Of a stretch of DNA of 64,000 bases, positions 9,347-17,747 are shown piece by piece. The position numbers and the translations under genes were made by a program. Source of the DNA: Escherichia phage vB_EcoM_SP1. A model generated the notes under the pieces. The model was not told the origin of the DNA. It was given only the letters and a program-made list of their open reading frames with translations, and did no database searches. Each line of letters opens with the position of its first letter. The stretch's first letter is position 1. The stretch lies in the sequence record MT682709.1, one strand, 5' to 3'.

Positions 9347-9804
9347 ACCCATTTATTAATCGTTTAAAAATGCTGAATGTTCCTTTATCTCGTGAAACTC
9401 CAGAAAGTCTTGTTGAAAAATTTAAAGCGCATGGTTATAAATGCACAGAAGAAGATATTCTTGCAGAAGTTCCCGAAATCTGTTGGCAGACCGCATACTG
9501 GGATGAAAACCAAAAGTACCAACGACGGATTGTTTGCGCAGCCAACCGTTTTAAATTAAAAGATGGACGAACTCTTATTATTCCGGGTGCTCGTCATTAT
9601 TCTAAAGACATGGCCGAAGTTTTAGATGTAGTTAAACCTCAATTAGTTACTCAGCAAGTTTGTGATGATGATCAAGGGTTTATTGACCAATATAGTAATT
9701 ATTGGACACGTGAAGAAGCAATGATTATTGCAACTTACGCTGGACAAGTACGTATTGAACGCGGTGGTAGTGAAAAAGAACTTTACTCTGAGGATCTTTA
9801 CTAA
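9343..9804 (+). CDS. hypothetical protein, 153 aa
   Basis: ATGA-coupled ORF. Confidence 0.55.
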   Translation: MNPFINRLKMLNVPLSRETPESLVEKFKAHGYKCTEEDILAEVPEICWQTAYWDENQKYQRRIVCAANRFKLKDGRTLIIPGARHYSKDMAEVLDVVKPQLVTQQVCDDDQGFIDQYSNYWTREEAMIIATYAGQVRIERGGSEKELYSEDLY

Positions 9805-10100
9805 TGAATATTAAAAAGTTTCAAATTGACGGAATTACTAATCAAATCCAGGCATTGGAATATGCCAATAAAATGATGTCAACTAATTGGGGAATTTATG
9901 CAAATGAACCAGCATTTCAGTTCTGTAATATGGAATTCACCAAAAAGCTCGTAGGAAAAGATTATGTGTGTCCATTTAGTTCTCCAATAAATGGAATGCT
10001 AAAACCTGCTTTACGCGATCTTTATATTGCGATGAACGAAGAAATGATAAAAGAACTAAAACGTCAACTGAAGGTGATTCAATTTGGCCAGGGAAATTAA
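9804..10100 (+). CDS. hypothetical protein, 98 aa
   Basis: TAATG-coupled ORF. Confidence 0.5.
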   Translation: MNIKKFQIDGITNQIQALEYANKMMSTNWGIYANEPAFQFCNMEFTKKLVGKDYVCPFSSPINGMLKPALRDLYIAMNEEMIKELKRQLKVIQFGQGN

Positions 10101-10302
10101 TTCAAAATCCGATTATTTTAACTCTCTCAATGATAAAGATAAAAATCTAATACGGCATTTTATTGTTGAGATGGGATATACTGATACACGTGATTTAAGA
10201 GAACATATATTTGAATGTGGTGTAGCTAAAAAGTTTTCATTCACGTGCAAATGTTTGAGAGAGGTAATTCAGCACTATGAACAATTTAGTCGCAAAACAT
10301 AA
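10084..10302 (+). CDS. hypothetical protein, 72 aa
   Basis: ORF overlapping upstream gene end; start uncertain. Confidence 0.4.
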   Translation: MAREINSKSDYFNSLNDKDKNLIRHFIVEMGYTDTRDLREHIFECGVAKKFSFTCKCLREVIQHYEQFSRKT

Positions 10303-10385
10303 TTTTAATAGAGCTTCTGTCCATAAAGATAAGAAGAAAGCGTTTAAAGAATCTAATCGCAAACAGAAACATAAGGGGAAGGTCT

Positions 10386-10664
10386 ATGATTATTGATTCT
10401 CAATCTGTAGTTCAATATACAATAAAAATTGATATTCTAGAAAAGCTATATAAGTTTCTACCAAATTTATACCACTCAATTGTTAATGAATTAGTTGAAG
10501 AACTACATCTCGAGAATAATGATTTCTTGGTTGGAACTTATAAAGATAACTCAAAGGCGGGATATTTTTACGTAATTCCAGCTCCAGGAAAAAGTATTGA
10601 TGATGTATTAAAAACTATAATGATTTACGTCCATGATTACGAAATTGAAGATTATTTCGAATGA
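10386..10664 (+). CDS. arn: anti-restriction nuclease Arn (McrBC inhibitor)-like acidic protein
   Basis: 92 aa, acidic C-terminus, located immediately upstream of asiA as in T4. Confidence 0.6.
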   Translation: MIIDSQSVVQYTIKIDILEKLYKFLPNLYHSIVNELVEELHLENNDFLVGTYKDNSKAGYFYVIPAPGKSIDDVLKTIMIYVHDYEIEDYFE

Positions 10665-10813
10665 GTCATAATCTTGAAAAGGTAATCGAGCATAATGTAG
10701 CTCAGGAACGTGAGTCGTTCAAGGAATTCGTAGAAAAAATTTTTGAAGAAAATAGCACAGACCGGTTTACAAATCAAGTGTCTGATGATATTATAATAAA
10801 GTCAACTAATTGA
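10661..10813 (+). CDS. hypothetical acidic protein, 50 aa
   Basis: ATGA overlap with arn stop. Confidence 0.4.
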   Translation: MSHNLEKVIEHNVAQERESFKEFVEKIFEENSTDRFTNQVSDDIIIKSTN

Positions 10814-10825
10814 GTGGTATAGTTA

Positions 10826-11098
10826 ATGAATAAAAACATTGATACAGTTCGTGAAATTATTACTGTTGCATCTATTTTGATTAAATTTTCCAGAGAAGAT
10901 ATTGTTGAGAATCGTGCTAATTTTATTGCATTTCTGAATGAGATTGGAGTAACGCATGAAGGTAGAAAGTTAAATCAGAATTCATTCCGTAAAATTGTTT
11001 CTGAATTAACCCAAGAAGATAAGAAAACCCTCATCGACGAATTCAACGAGGGTTTTGAAGGTGTATATCGATATCTAGAGATGTATACAAACAAATAA
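10826..11098 (+). CDS. asiA: anti-sigma70 factor AsiA
   Basis: 90 aa; sequence matches T4 AsiA as recalled. Confidence 0.9.
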   Translation: MNKNIDTVREIITVASILIKFSREDIVENRANFIAFLNEIGVTHEGRKLNQNSFRKIVSELTQEDKKTLIDEFNEGFEGVYRYLEMYTNK

Positions 11099-11755
11099 TT
11101 ATTTAGCCCTTCCTAATATTCTGGCCGCCTGAGAACATATTGATTCAAGGCGGTCATTACTTATATGATCATTTCTATACCAGTACATGGTTATTGTTCC
11201 AGCATAGATATTATCCAAATTGAAATATGGACAACTGTACATGTAGTTTATTTCGGGAGTAGGCTTTTTAGTTGGTAAAAAAGCAAATTTTGAATCGGAA
11301 TAATAATGACGTCCATTTAAATGAACTGTATATTCATCCATAGTTTTATCAACAGGATATCCTCCAAGTGATTTTTCGCTTATTGTTGAAGGTAATTTTC
11401 CTTCATATGCTATAATATCAACAAAATAGTTTAAGTTTTTAGGGCGGAAAGAATACACCGCACTAAAGTCTGCCTCAGATGATATGTGAACTATCTGGAG
11501 TTGTTCCAGGGCGACAGATTCAAAGCGTGCATTTCTTTCCTTTTCAATAATTTCACTGTATGTTTCATACTTTGATTGCTTATAGTACTCAAAGAAACTA
11601 TCTCCCCTATACCAAACAATCGCCATTATAAACAAAAGAATTACGACAGCTACTCGGGAAGCAAGAACCTTCCCGGTAGCGTTATCTTTGAACAAGCGAT
11701 CTAGAACACCCAACAGAATATCAGAGGGCGAAAATGATATTCTAGGTGCTGCCAT
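11099..11755 (-). CDS. t: holin T
   Basis: 218 aa as T4 holin; single N-terminal TM followed by large periplasmic domain; adjacent to gene 38. Confidence 0.9.
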   Translation of the reverse strand: MAAPRISFSPSDILLGVLDRLFKDNATGKVLASRVAVVILLFIMAIVWYRGDSFFEYYKQSKYETYSEIIEKERNARFESVALEQLQIVHISSEADFSAVYSFRPKNLNYFVDIIAYEGKLPSTISEKSLGGYPVDKTMDEYTVHLNGRHYYSDSKFAFLPTKKPTPEINYMYSCPYFNLDNIYAGTITMYWYRNDHISNDRLESICSQAARILGRAK

Positions 11756-11785
11756 AGACCCTCCTTTTAAGGATATTTATTCAAA

Positions 11786-12565
11786 TTATACTCTTGGACC
11801 ATATATTGCTCCAACGTTTTGCCATGTCGGTGTAGACCCTATGACGGCATAACCAGCAGCACCACCGTTATATTCTGTACCGTTCCCATGAATATTACAT
11901 CTACCTCCTGCTGAGCCAACTTCACCGCCATTCCCGCCTGTATATACCCAAAGAGACCCCTCACCGACAGATCCTGCACCCGGAGCGGAAATGGTGCCAG
12001 CGGTTGCACCAGCACCCATATGAGAGGAAGACCCGCCAGCACCGAATGGGCGACCACCACCACCACCAAATGATAGTCTACCGTAGTTACCGCCGCCGCC
12101 ACCGCCACCGCCGCCTGCAATAGCTCCACCATTATTAATTCTTAGTCTCCCACCAATATCGTTTTGAATACAATGACCTCCAGCTGAGCCAGGACTATTG
12201 CTACCGCCATTCCCGCCACGACCATACATCGTTACGCCGTGTATATTCAGTTGAACATATTCATTCGGTGTATCTCCGTACATGAAGAATAAAGGAACAT
12301 CTTTAGAATATGATACTAAATCTCCAGTGATATTAAACACTATAGGTGTACTACCTGCCTCAAAACATCTATCTCGGAACCATTGACCATTGAAGTTATG
12401 GTCTGCTCCAAGCGTGTGAATTATTTCTCTTGAGCGACCTGCAAATTGACTCATCCAGCAAGGAACACCCAATCTTAATTGACCAGCTGCTTGACTCATC
12501 CAGCGCTGACCCGTTTCATTTACAGCTGAACTTCCAATCCAGCCAGGAACTCCAACTACTGCCAT
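11786..12565 (-). CDS. 38: distal tail fibre adhesin gp38, T2-type with glycine-rich motifs
   Basis: 259 aa with poly-Gly runs ([17 protein letters not shown]) typical of T2-type gp38 adhesins, unlike the 183-aa T4 gp38 chaperone. Confidence 0.8.
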   Translation of the reverse strand: MAVVGVPGWIGSSAVNETGQRWMSQAAGQLRLGVPCWMSQFAGRSREIIHTLGADHNFNGQWFRDRCFEAGSTPIVFNITGDLVSYSKDVPLFFMYGDTPNEYVQLNIHGVTMYGRGGNGGSNSPGSAGGHCIQNDIGGRLRINNGGAIAGGGGGGGGGNYGRLSFGGGGGRPFGAGGSSSHMGAGATAGTISAPGAGSVGEGSLWVYTGGNGGEVGSAGGRCNIHGNGTEYNGGAAGYAVIGSTPTWQNVGAIYGPRV

Positions 12566-12601
12566 AATTTATACTCCAAAGGGGGCATTTCCCCCTTGTT
12601 G

Positions 12602-15600
12602 TTAGAATTTAAAATATTTACTAATTCTGCGAGCAATTTTAGTAAAGAGAGGCGTTTTCAATTCTTTAATTTCTTCACTCATTTCCTGAATAGCCTTAAT
12701 TAAAAGAGCATTCACCGCAGAGTTAGAAATTGTTAAAATCTCTTCTGGGTTATCAAGAGATCCGACATTAGAAGTGCTAACAGCTTCCGGTAAAATTTCT
12801 TGTAAATCCTGCGCGATAATACCAATCTCATGTGCGATGACTTCTCGGTCAGAAAGAGACTTAACTTTATCGTAGGTTTTAACTTTTAGTTTATTTACCT
12901 TATCTACCGCATTTTCTTCGTAGTCTTCAACGTTAATTTTCAGACGACGGTCGGAACGAATATAAACATCGTTACAGTAAACCGACGCACTAGATGTGAA
13001 ATCACCATTTGCAGCCCATGAATACCAGCCGCCTTTGTTCATATGCATCATTACGGTAGCATTACCACCGCCAGCATGAACACCCATTGCCGCAAGATAA
13101 TCAGCACCCCAATGAACTGCTTTCCAAATTGAATATGCTTGGGTTTGTGAATTCTGACAATCTAAGAGAATACCAGCAGGACGGTTGCGCCAGTCATCCC
13201 AAGCACCACCAAAAACATCACCACGGATAAGAGCGTATTCACTATTATAAGGAACTTGCTCTCCCGCTTTAATCATTGCACCCTGGAAGTGATGACTAAA
13301 TGAACCCCCATGATTATTGCGAATATGTAAAATACCCTCATCTGTAGCCCAGATAACAGCCTTTTCTGCATCGCTATCATCTTTAAACCAGATGTGGCGA
13401 GCACCAGTTGAGTTTTTGATGGTTATTCCGCTAGGTCCATGCACGGTCAAAGAACCAGCAACATCAAACATCAAACTGTTATCTGTCCTGCGTTCAGCAT
13501 AGAAGTGATAACCTTTTGAATCGCCGACTTCCAATACTGCCGCGCGACCAACTTCTGAATTTCCCCAATTGTTGATAGAGAATCGTTCAGAGCTATTATT
13601 CATCTGATTTAGGTATAATGTACCATCAGTGAATGTTTCGCCAAAGAAACGAGTTTTAATTGCACCTGTCGCTAAAGTACGTTCAGTGGAAAAATGGGCG
13701 CCTTGACTATCTTCTAACTGGATGATGTTATCACGAGCGTTATTGCTATCACCCCAATGGTTAAATTTAAAATAATCTCGTGATCCTAAACGTCCGGCGT
13801 CAAAAGTCATCAAGCCTTTCATGTTAATATCACCGCCGACCAGAACGTTATCCGGGAAGTTAACTGTACCATCAGCATTAAATCTTGATGTATGGCCCTG
13901 TGTTCCATCTTCTTTGATATGGTGTATCACGAATGTACCTGAATTAATTTCAGTACCTAAAGACCAAACTGCTTTACCTTGAAGGTATTTTTGCTTAACA
14001 ATCGGATAATATTTGCTTATAGCAGCATCATCATCGATTTCCTGGAAAATAGGAGCCGCTTGAACATATTGAATATCATAACCACCAGCGCCAGCGCCAT
14101 GACCAGTAAATTTAATATAGCCGTTTGCTGCGAACGTATTGTAACTTGATTGTAAATCTGGAATAGTAACTTTACCAGTATCTAAAGCCATACTAAACGG
14201 GCGAAGTGGACCGATATCGCCATGTTTACCTTCACCGTAAGCAGTTGGAATAATATGAAGACTGCCTTCTGAACGTCTAAAAATAGCTCCATAATCTGCG
14301 TTCCAAATGCGAAGACCATTTACAGCATTTGTCGCGATTTCACCGGCTGCGCTGATTGTACCGTCAAATGTAGCATTTTTTACTACTGTAAAGTTTTCAT
14401 TAACAATCTGGGTGCCATTTATAACCGATTCGATTTTACCCGCAGTTGTTCGTTGAATATAATGCATCCATCCAATATCATCAGAAATTTCCATGACATT
14501 TTTACGGGTGCCTTCACTTGGATTAGTAAAAGTATTTCCCCAAACAGCTATATACATGTTATCAACGGAGCTTTGACCCATGGTATAGCCTTTAAACATT
14601 AAAGTTGAATTATTATTTCTACCATCAATATTAACCGAACCACCAATAACGTCAATATTGCCTGGAGTAACTAACAAACCGCCATGAGTATTAATGTTTG
14701 TGGTACCCTTACCGCGGAAATAGTGATGATAGTTACCGCCTTGATAATATCCTAAAAGAGTTTGACCGTCACCATACGCGTTATTATCATGGTAAGTAAC
14801 AACAGTGGCTAATGCATAGTTTTCTGTCGGCGGCGTTGTCATAAGAATCCCGTCCGGAGAATAACCCATAACCATTTTTCTAAGGCTTTGTGTTTCCGCA
14901 GGGCCGTAGATGAAAGTTCTTGTTCCATTGTTTACTGTATGAAAATATCCGTCCTGATGCCATTTAAATCCGGTGTCATTATCACCAAGAGCAATTGAGG
15001 CCGTTCCTAATTCAGAATATCCTTTGGGGCCGCCTGGAAGACCTACAGAAATAGAATGACCCGCTTTCAATCCACCAGCCCAGTTAAACGACCAAAGATA
15101 AGTGTCTAAGCCATCTCCGGAATACCAGGTTATTCCGTCATTAACATTAACTTCGTGGAAAATACCTGCTCCTACAGCATTTCGCATAACACGGAGGTGG
15201 TTAATAGCCGTTTCGCCTTCTGCCATTGGAGTGTTATTTGATAATGAATAGATATCATAATCGCCCGTCTTCTTCCCATTTGTAATAACTTTATCGGTCA
15301 AAATCTGAGGAGACGAAATAGATTTCCATGCTGACACTTCAGGTGAAGTAAATAGGCCACTGCCTGAAAATGCATAGGTGCTTTCATCACCAGCGGCGTA
15401 GTCTTGAACGCGGATATTAACTACTTGCGTAGTTAATCCATCATTAGCCGGGGCATAAATGATTCCGCGTTCGCGGCTATTGCCATCGAAAAAACGAACA
15501 TGTGATGTACCTGAACTTTTTGTAATAATTTCTCCGCCTTCGGTCATAATCTGCCCGGCGGCAATAATATCGCGAGTTACTCGAGCAATACCAGTTAAAT

Positions 15601-15859
15601 TAAAATTACCTGTCTGAGTGAAGGTGCCATTTAAAGTATAATCACCAGTTTGATTATAGTTTCCTATATGAATAACATTCCCGTCAATGCTACCGCCTTT
15701 AGCAAAACCCAGATCAATGATATTTCCTTGGTCGTCTTTAGTAAAAAGTACGCGGTCTTTTAAGTTTATAGCCAATTCACCTTCGGCTAATACTGAAGCG
15801 GCAGGACGTGCTCCTGCAGTTTTGCTTCTTTTAAATTGTATTTGTTTTAAAGTAGCCAT
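12602..15859 (-). CDS. 37: long tail fibre distal subunit gp37 with C-terminal intramolecular chaperone domain
   Basis: 1085 aa; N-terminus MATLKQIQFKRSK as T4 gp37; C-terminal ~116 aa begins SDRRLKINV, resembling endosialidase-type self-cleaving chaperone domains. Confidence 0.9.
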   Translation of the reverse strand: MATLKQIQFKRSKTAGARPAASVLAEGELAINLKDRVLFTKDDQGNIIDLGFAKGGSIDGNVIHIGNYNQTGDYTLNGTFTQTGNFNLTGIARVTRDIIAAGQIMTEGGEIITKSSGTSHVRFFDGNSRERGIIYAPANDGLTTQVVNIRVQDYAAGDESTYAFSGSGLFTSPEVSAWKSISSPQILTDKVITNGKKTGDYDIYSLSNNTPMAEGETAINHLRVMRNAVGAGIFHEVNVNDGITWYSGDGLDTYLWSFNWAGGLKAGHSISVGLPGGPKGYSELGTASIALGDNDTGFKWHQDGYFHTVNNGTRTFIYGPAETQSLRKMVMGYSPDGILMTTPPTENYALATVVTYHDNNAYGDGQTLLGYYQGGNYHHYFRGKGTTNINTHGGLLVTPGNIDVIGGSVNIDGRNNNSTLMFKGYTMGQSSVDNMYIAVWGNTFTNPSEGTRKNVMEISDDIGWMHYIQRTTAGKIESVINGTQIVNENFTVVKNATFDGTISAAGEIATNAVNGLRIWNADYGAIFRRSEGSLHIIPTAYGEGKHGDIGPLRPFSMALDTGKVTIPDLQSSYNTFAANGYIKFTGHGAGAGGYDIQYVQAAPIFQEIDDDAAISKYYPIVKQKYLQGKAVWSLGTEINSGTFVIHHIKEDGTQGHTSRFNADGTVNFPDNVLVGGDINMKGLMTFDAGRLGSRDYFKFNHWGDSNNARDNIIQLEDSQGAHFSTERTLATGAIKTRFFGETFTDGTLYLNQMNNSSERFSINNWGNSEVGRAAVLEVGDSKGYHFYAERRTDNSLMFDVAGSLTVHGPSGITIKNSTGARHIWFKDDSDAEKAVIWATDEGILHIRNNHGGSFSHHFQGAMIKAGEQVPYNSEYALIRGDVFGGAWDDWRNRPAGILLDCQNSQTQAYSIWKAVHWGADYLAAMGVHAGGGNATVMMHMNKGGWYSWAANGDFTSSASVYCNDVYIRSDRRLKINVEDYEENAVDKVNKLKVKTYDKVKSLSDREVIAHEIGIIAQDLQEILPEAVSTSNVGSLDNPEEILTISNSAVNALLIKAIQEMSEEIKELKTPLFTKIARRISKYFKF

Positions 15860-15867
15860 AAGTCCTC

Positions 15868-16557
15868 TTAATAATAGCCGAAATCTTGAACAGAATCCTT
15901 AATAACAATTTGATCAAATCGTGGAACATGCGAGGGTTGAGATGCAGGATTCTGCGAAAAAAGGTTTGGCGCAGTTAAATTTCCTGTCATAGTATCTCCA
16001 GAGCGTAATACCCTAGAGTTTGCGTTTGCTGTAACAATATTTATTGCTCCATCGACATAATCTTTGCGAGTTAAGTGTGCTGGGCCGGTCGGTACTGAAG
16101 CATTAGAAATAACTTGTTGGCCAGAAACAATATTGCCAACTGTTTCAACTTTACCACTCCTGGCATTAAACCAGATTGTGCGTCCCTGGATCCCATCACT
16201 TGTGCATGTGTTCCAAATACCAATGCCGTACCATGAACGTAAATCCATGTTAGCTTTTTCTCTGGAAGCTCCATCTCCATTGCCAGAATATAACCCATTC
16301 AGGTCTGAACCGCCAGAAAACGTTGCAGAAATCCTAACGCCTTCTTTAAATTCTACTTCTTTTTGGAAACCTTGAGACTTTGTGCCACCATTAGCTTTAG
16401 AAACGAAATCGTTATCAGTTGCCTGTGGTTTATTGTATTCTGAATATATTTTAAATGATTTATAGAGTACATCGTCACCGGCTGGATTCAATGGAAAATT
16501 TCCTTGATGCCAAATGACAGAGCCTCCAGTTGTTGAACCTACTTTTAAATCAGCCAT
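15868..16557 (-). CDS. 36: long tail fibre distal connector gp36
   Basis: 229 aa; synteny between 35 and 37. Confidence 0.85.
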   Translation of the reverse strand: MADLKVGSTTGGSVIWHQGNFPLNPAGDDVLYKSFKIYSEYNKPQATDNDFVSKANGGTKSQGFQKEVEFKEGVRISATFSGGSDLNGLYSGNGDGASREKANMDLRSWYGIGIWNTCTSDGIQGRTIWFNARSGKVETVGNIVSGQQVISNASVPTGPAHLTRKDYVDGAINIVTANANSRVLRSGDTMTGNLTAPNLFSQNPASQPSHVPRFDQIVIKDSVQDFGYY

Positions 16558-16582
16558 TGTATGCCCCTTTTATTTTAATAGT

Positions 16583-16590
16583 ATTTATAA
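16583..16590 (-). promoter_or_regulatory. late promoter TATAAATA (minus strand) upstream of gene 36
   Basis: TATTTATA on plus strand, 26 nt upstream of the gene 36 start codon. Confidence 0.55.
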
Positions 16591-16597
16591 AGAAAAA

Positions 16598-16620
16598 GGG
16601 AACCCGAAGGCTCCCTCAAT
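16598..16620 (-). terminator. terminator hairpin after gene 35
   Basis: GGGAGCC-TTCG-GGTTCCC hairpin then T-tract on minus strand. Confidence 0.5.
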
Positions 16621-17739
16621 TTAAACTTCTCTAAATTCTTGCCCAAACACTTTACCAGTTTTAGACGATGCTTGCGTAGAAAGTACCATTATATCCGGAG
16701 GTGAAGCAGATTCACAGACATAATTAACTCGAATACCATTGACGCCAAATTCAGCAGGTTTTGAAATTCCGCCATTTCTTGATACTTCAGAAAAGCTTAA
16801 ATTTCTCATGCCACCTTGACCTGCTTGGGCAGTTCTTTGTGCATATATCGTAAATCCCGCTGCATTTTCTGGAATAACTACATAATCTTCCTTTAATTCC
16901 CATGACCCAGCTTGTCCGGTAAACTCAGCATATGTTGAAGAAATATATCCATTCGATTCATCATAAAAACGGATAGATATATTTGTAGTTCCAAGCGCAA
17001 GTAAATCGGCATCAGCATATAACTGTGCTTTAAGATAAAGAACATCACCAGGAATTAAATTATAATCAGATAGTTTACTTATAGCAGCTGAAGTTGGTAA
17101 TCGCGCAATTTCGTTATTAGTTCCACCAACTGCTGACATAAATTGCTCGACACTTTCATATGTTCTTTTAGGAAATCCTGTAGCTCCGACGTCTTCTAAA
17201 CTATCAAATACAACATCTAAAATAGTTTGATAGTCATCTGTGCTTTTTCTATTACTTAGTTTAACATGTTCCAATGCAATAGCTCTTTTAGAAGAAGTAT
17301 AAAAGGCAGCATATGATACGTCAAATCTTGACAATACAGAATCAGATGGAAAAGCAGACGTTCCTGCGGTTCTTATCCAAGATACTACCTCAGGAGGAAA
17401 ATTAACTTTTCCGTTAGTTAATATAGCAACAAGTCTATTATTCGTCAAAGAGTTCATGAAACCAACAAAAGCAGCTGATGTAGTATCATTTGAAGCCGAA
17501 AAAGCATATGACTTACTATCAACTAATGCTCCTGTAGAAGGGTCAAAAACTCTTAAATGAAGTCCTGCGCTAAATGTTTGACTTCCAACAGGATTATCCT
17601 GAAATTTAACGTATGGTCCTTCTGCAGTAGAAAGCGGGCAAGAACCCGCTATACTTATTTTATATCTTACTGAATTGCTTTCCGATAAAAATGGCGTTTG
17701 GACATATCCTTGTCCAAACTCTGCCATAAATTTTTCCAT
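16621..17739 (-). CDS. 35: long tail fibre hinge connector gp35
   Basis: 372 aa as T4 gp35; synteny. Confidence 0.85.
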   Translation of the reverse strand: MEKFMAEFGQGYVQTPFLSESNSVRYKISIAGSCPLSTAEGPYVKFQDNPVGSQTFSAGLHLRVFDPSTGALVDSKSYAFSASNDTTSAAFVGFMNSLTNNRLVAILTNGKVNFPPEVVSWIRTAGTSAFPSDSVLSRFDVSYAAFYTSSKRAIALEHVKLSNRKSTDDYQTILDVVFDSLEDVGATGFPKRTYESVEQFMSAVGGTNNEIARLPTSAAISKLSDYNLIPGDVLYLKAQLYADADLLALGTTNISIRFYDESNGYISSTYAEFTGQAGSWELKEDYVVIPENAAGFTIYAQRTAQAGQGGMRNLSFSEVSRNGGISKPAEFGVNGIRVNYVCESASPPDIMVLSTQASSKTGKVFGQEFREV

Positions 17740-17747
17740 AATACCTC

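Noticed and set aside
10277-10396. 39-aa basic ORF overlapping the end of the 10084-10302 ORF and the start of arn
   Set aside because: Competes with two better-supported frames; start and frame ambiguous.
11839-12132. Minus-strand 97-aa ORF in an alternative frame of gene 38
   Set aside because: Overlaps the glycine-rich coding repeats of gp38; alternative-frame artefact (poly-Val/Ala).
13317-13502. Plus-strand 61-aa ORF inside gene 37
   Set aside because: Antisense to a well-supported structural gene, no RBS, composition artefact of the reverse frame.
16064-16375. Plus-strand 103-aa ORF and minus-strand 75-aa ORF within gene 36
   Set aside because: Overlap the gp36 coding frame; no independent translation signals.
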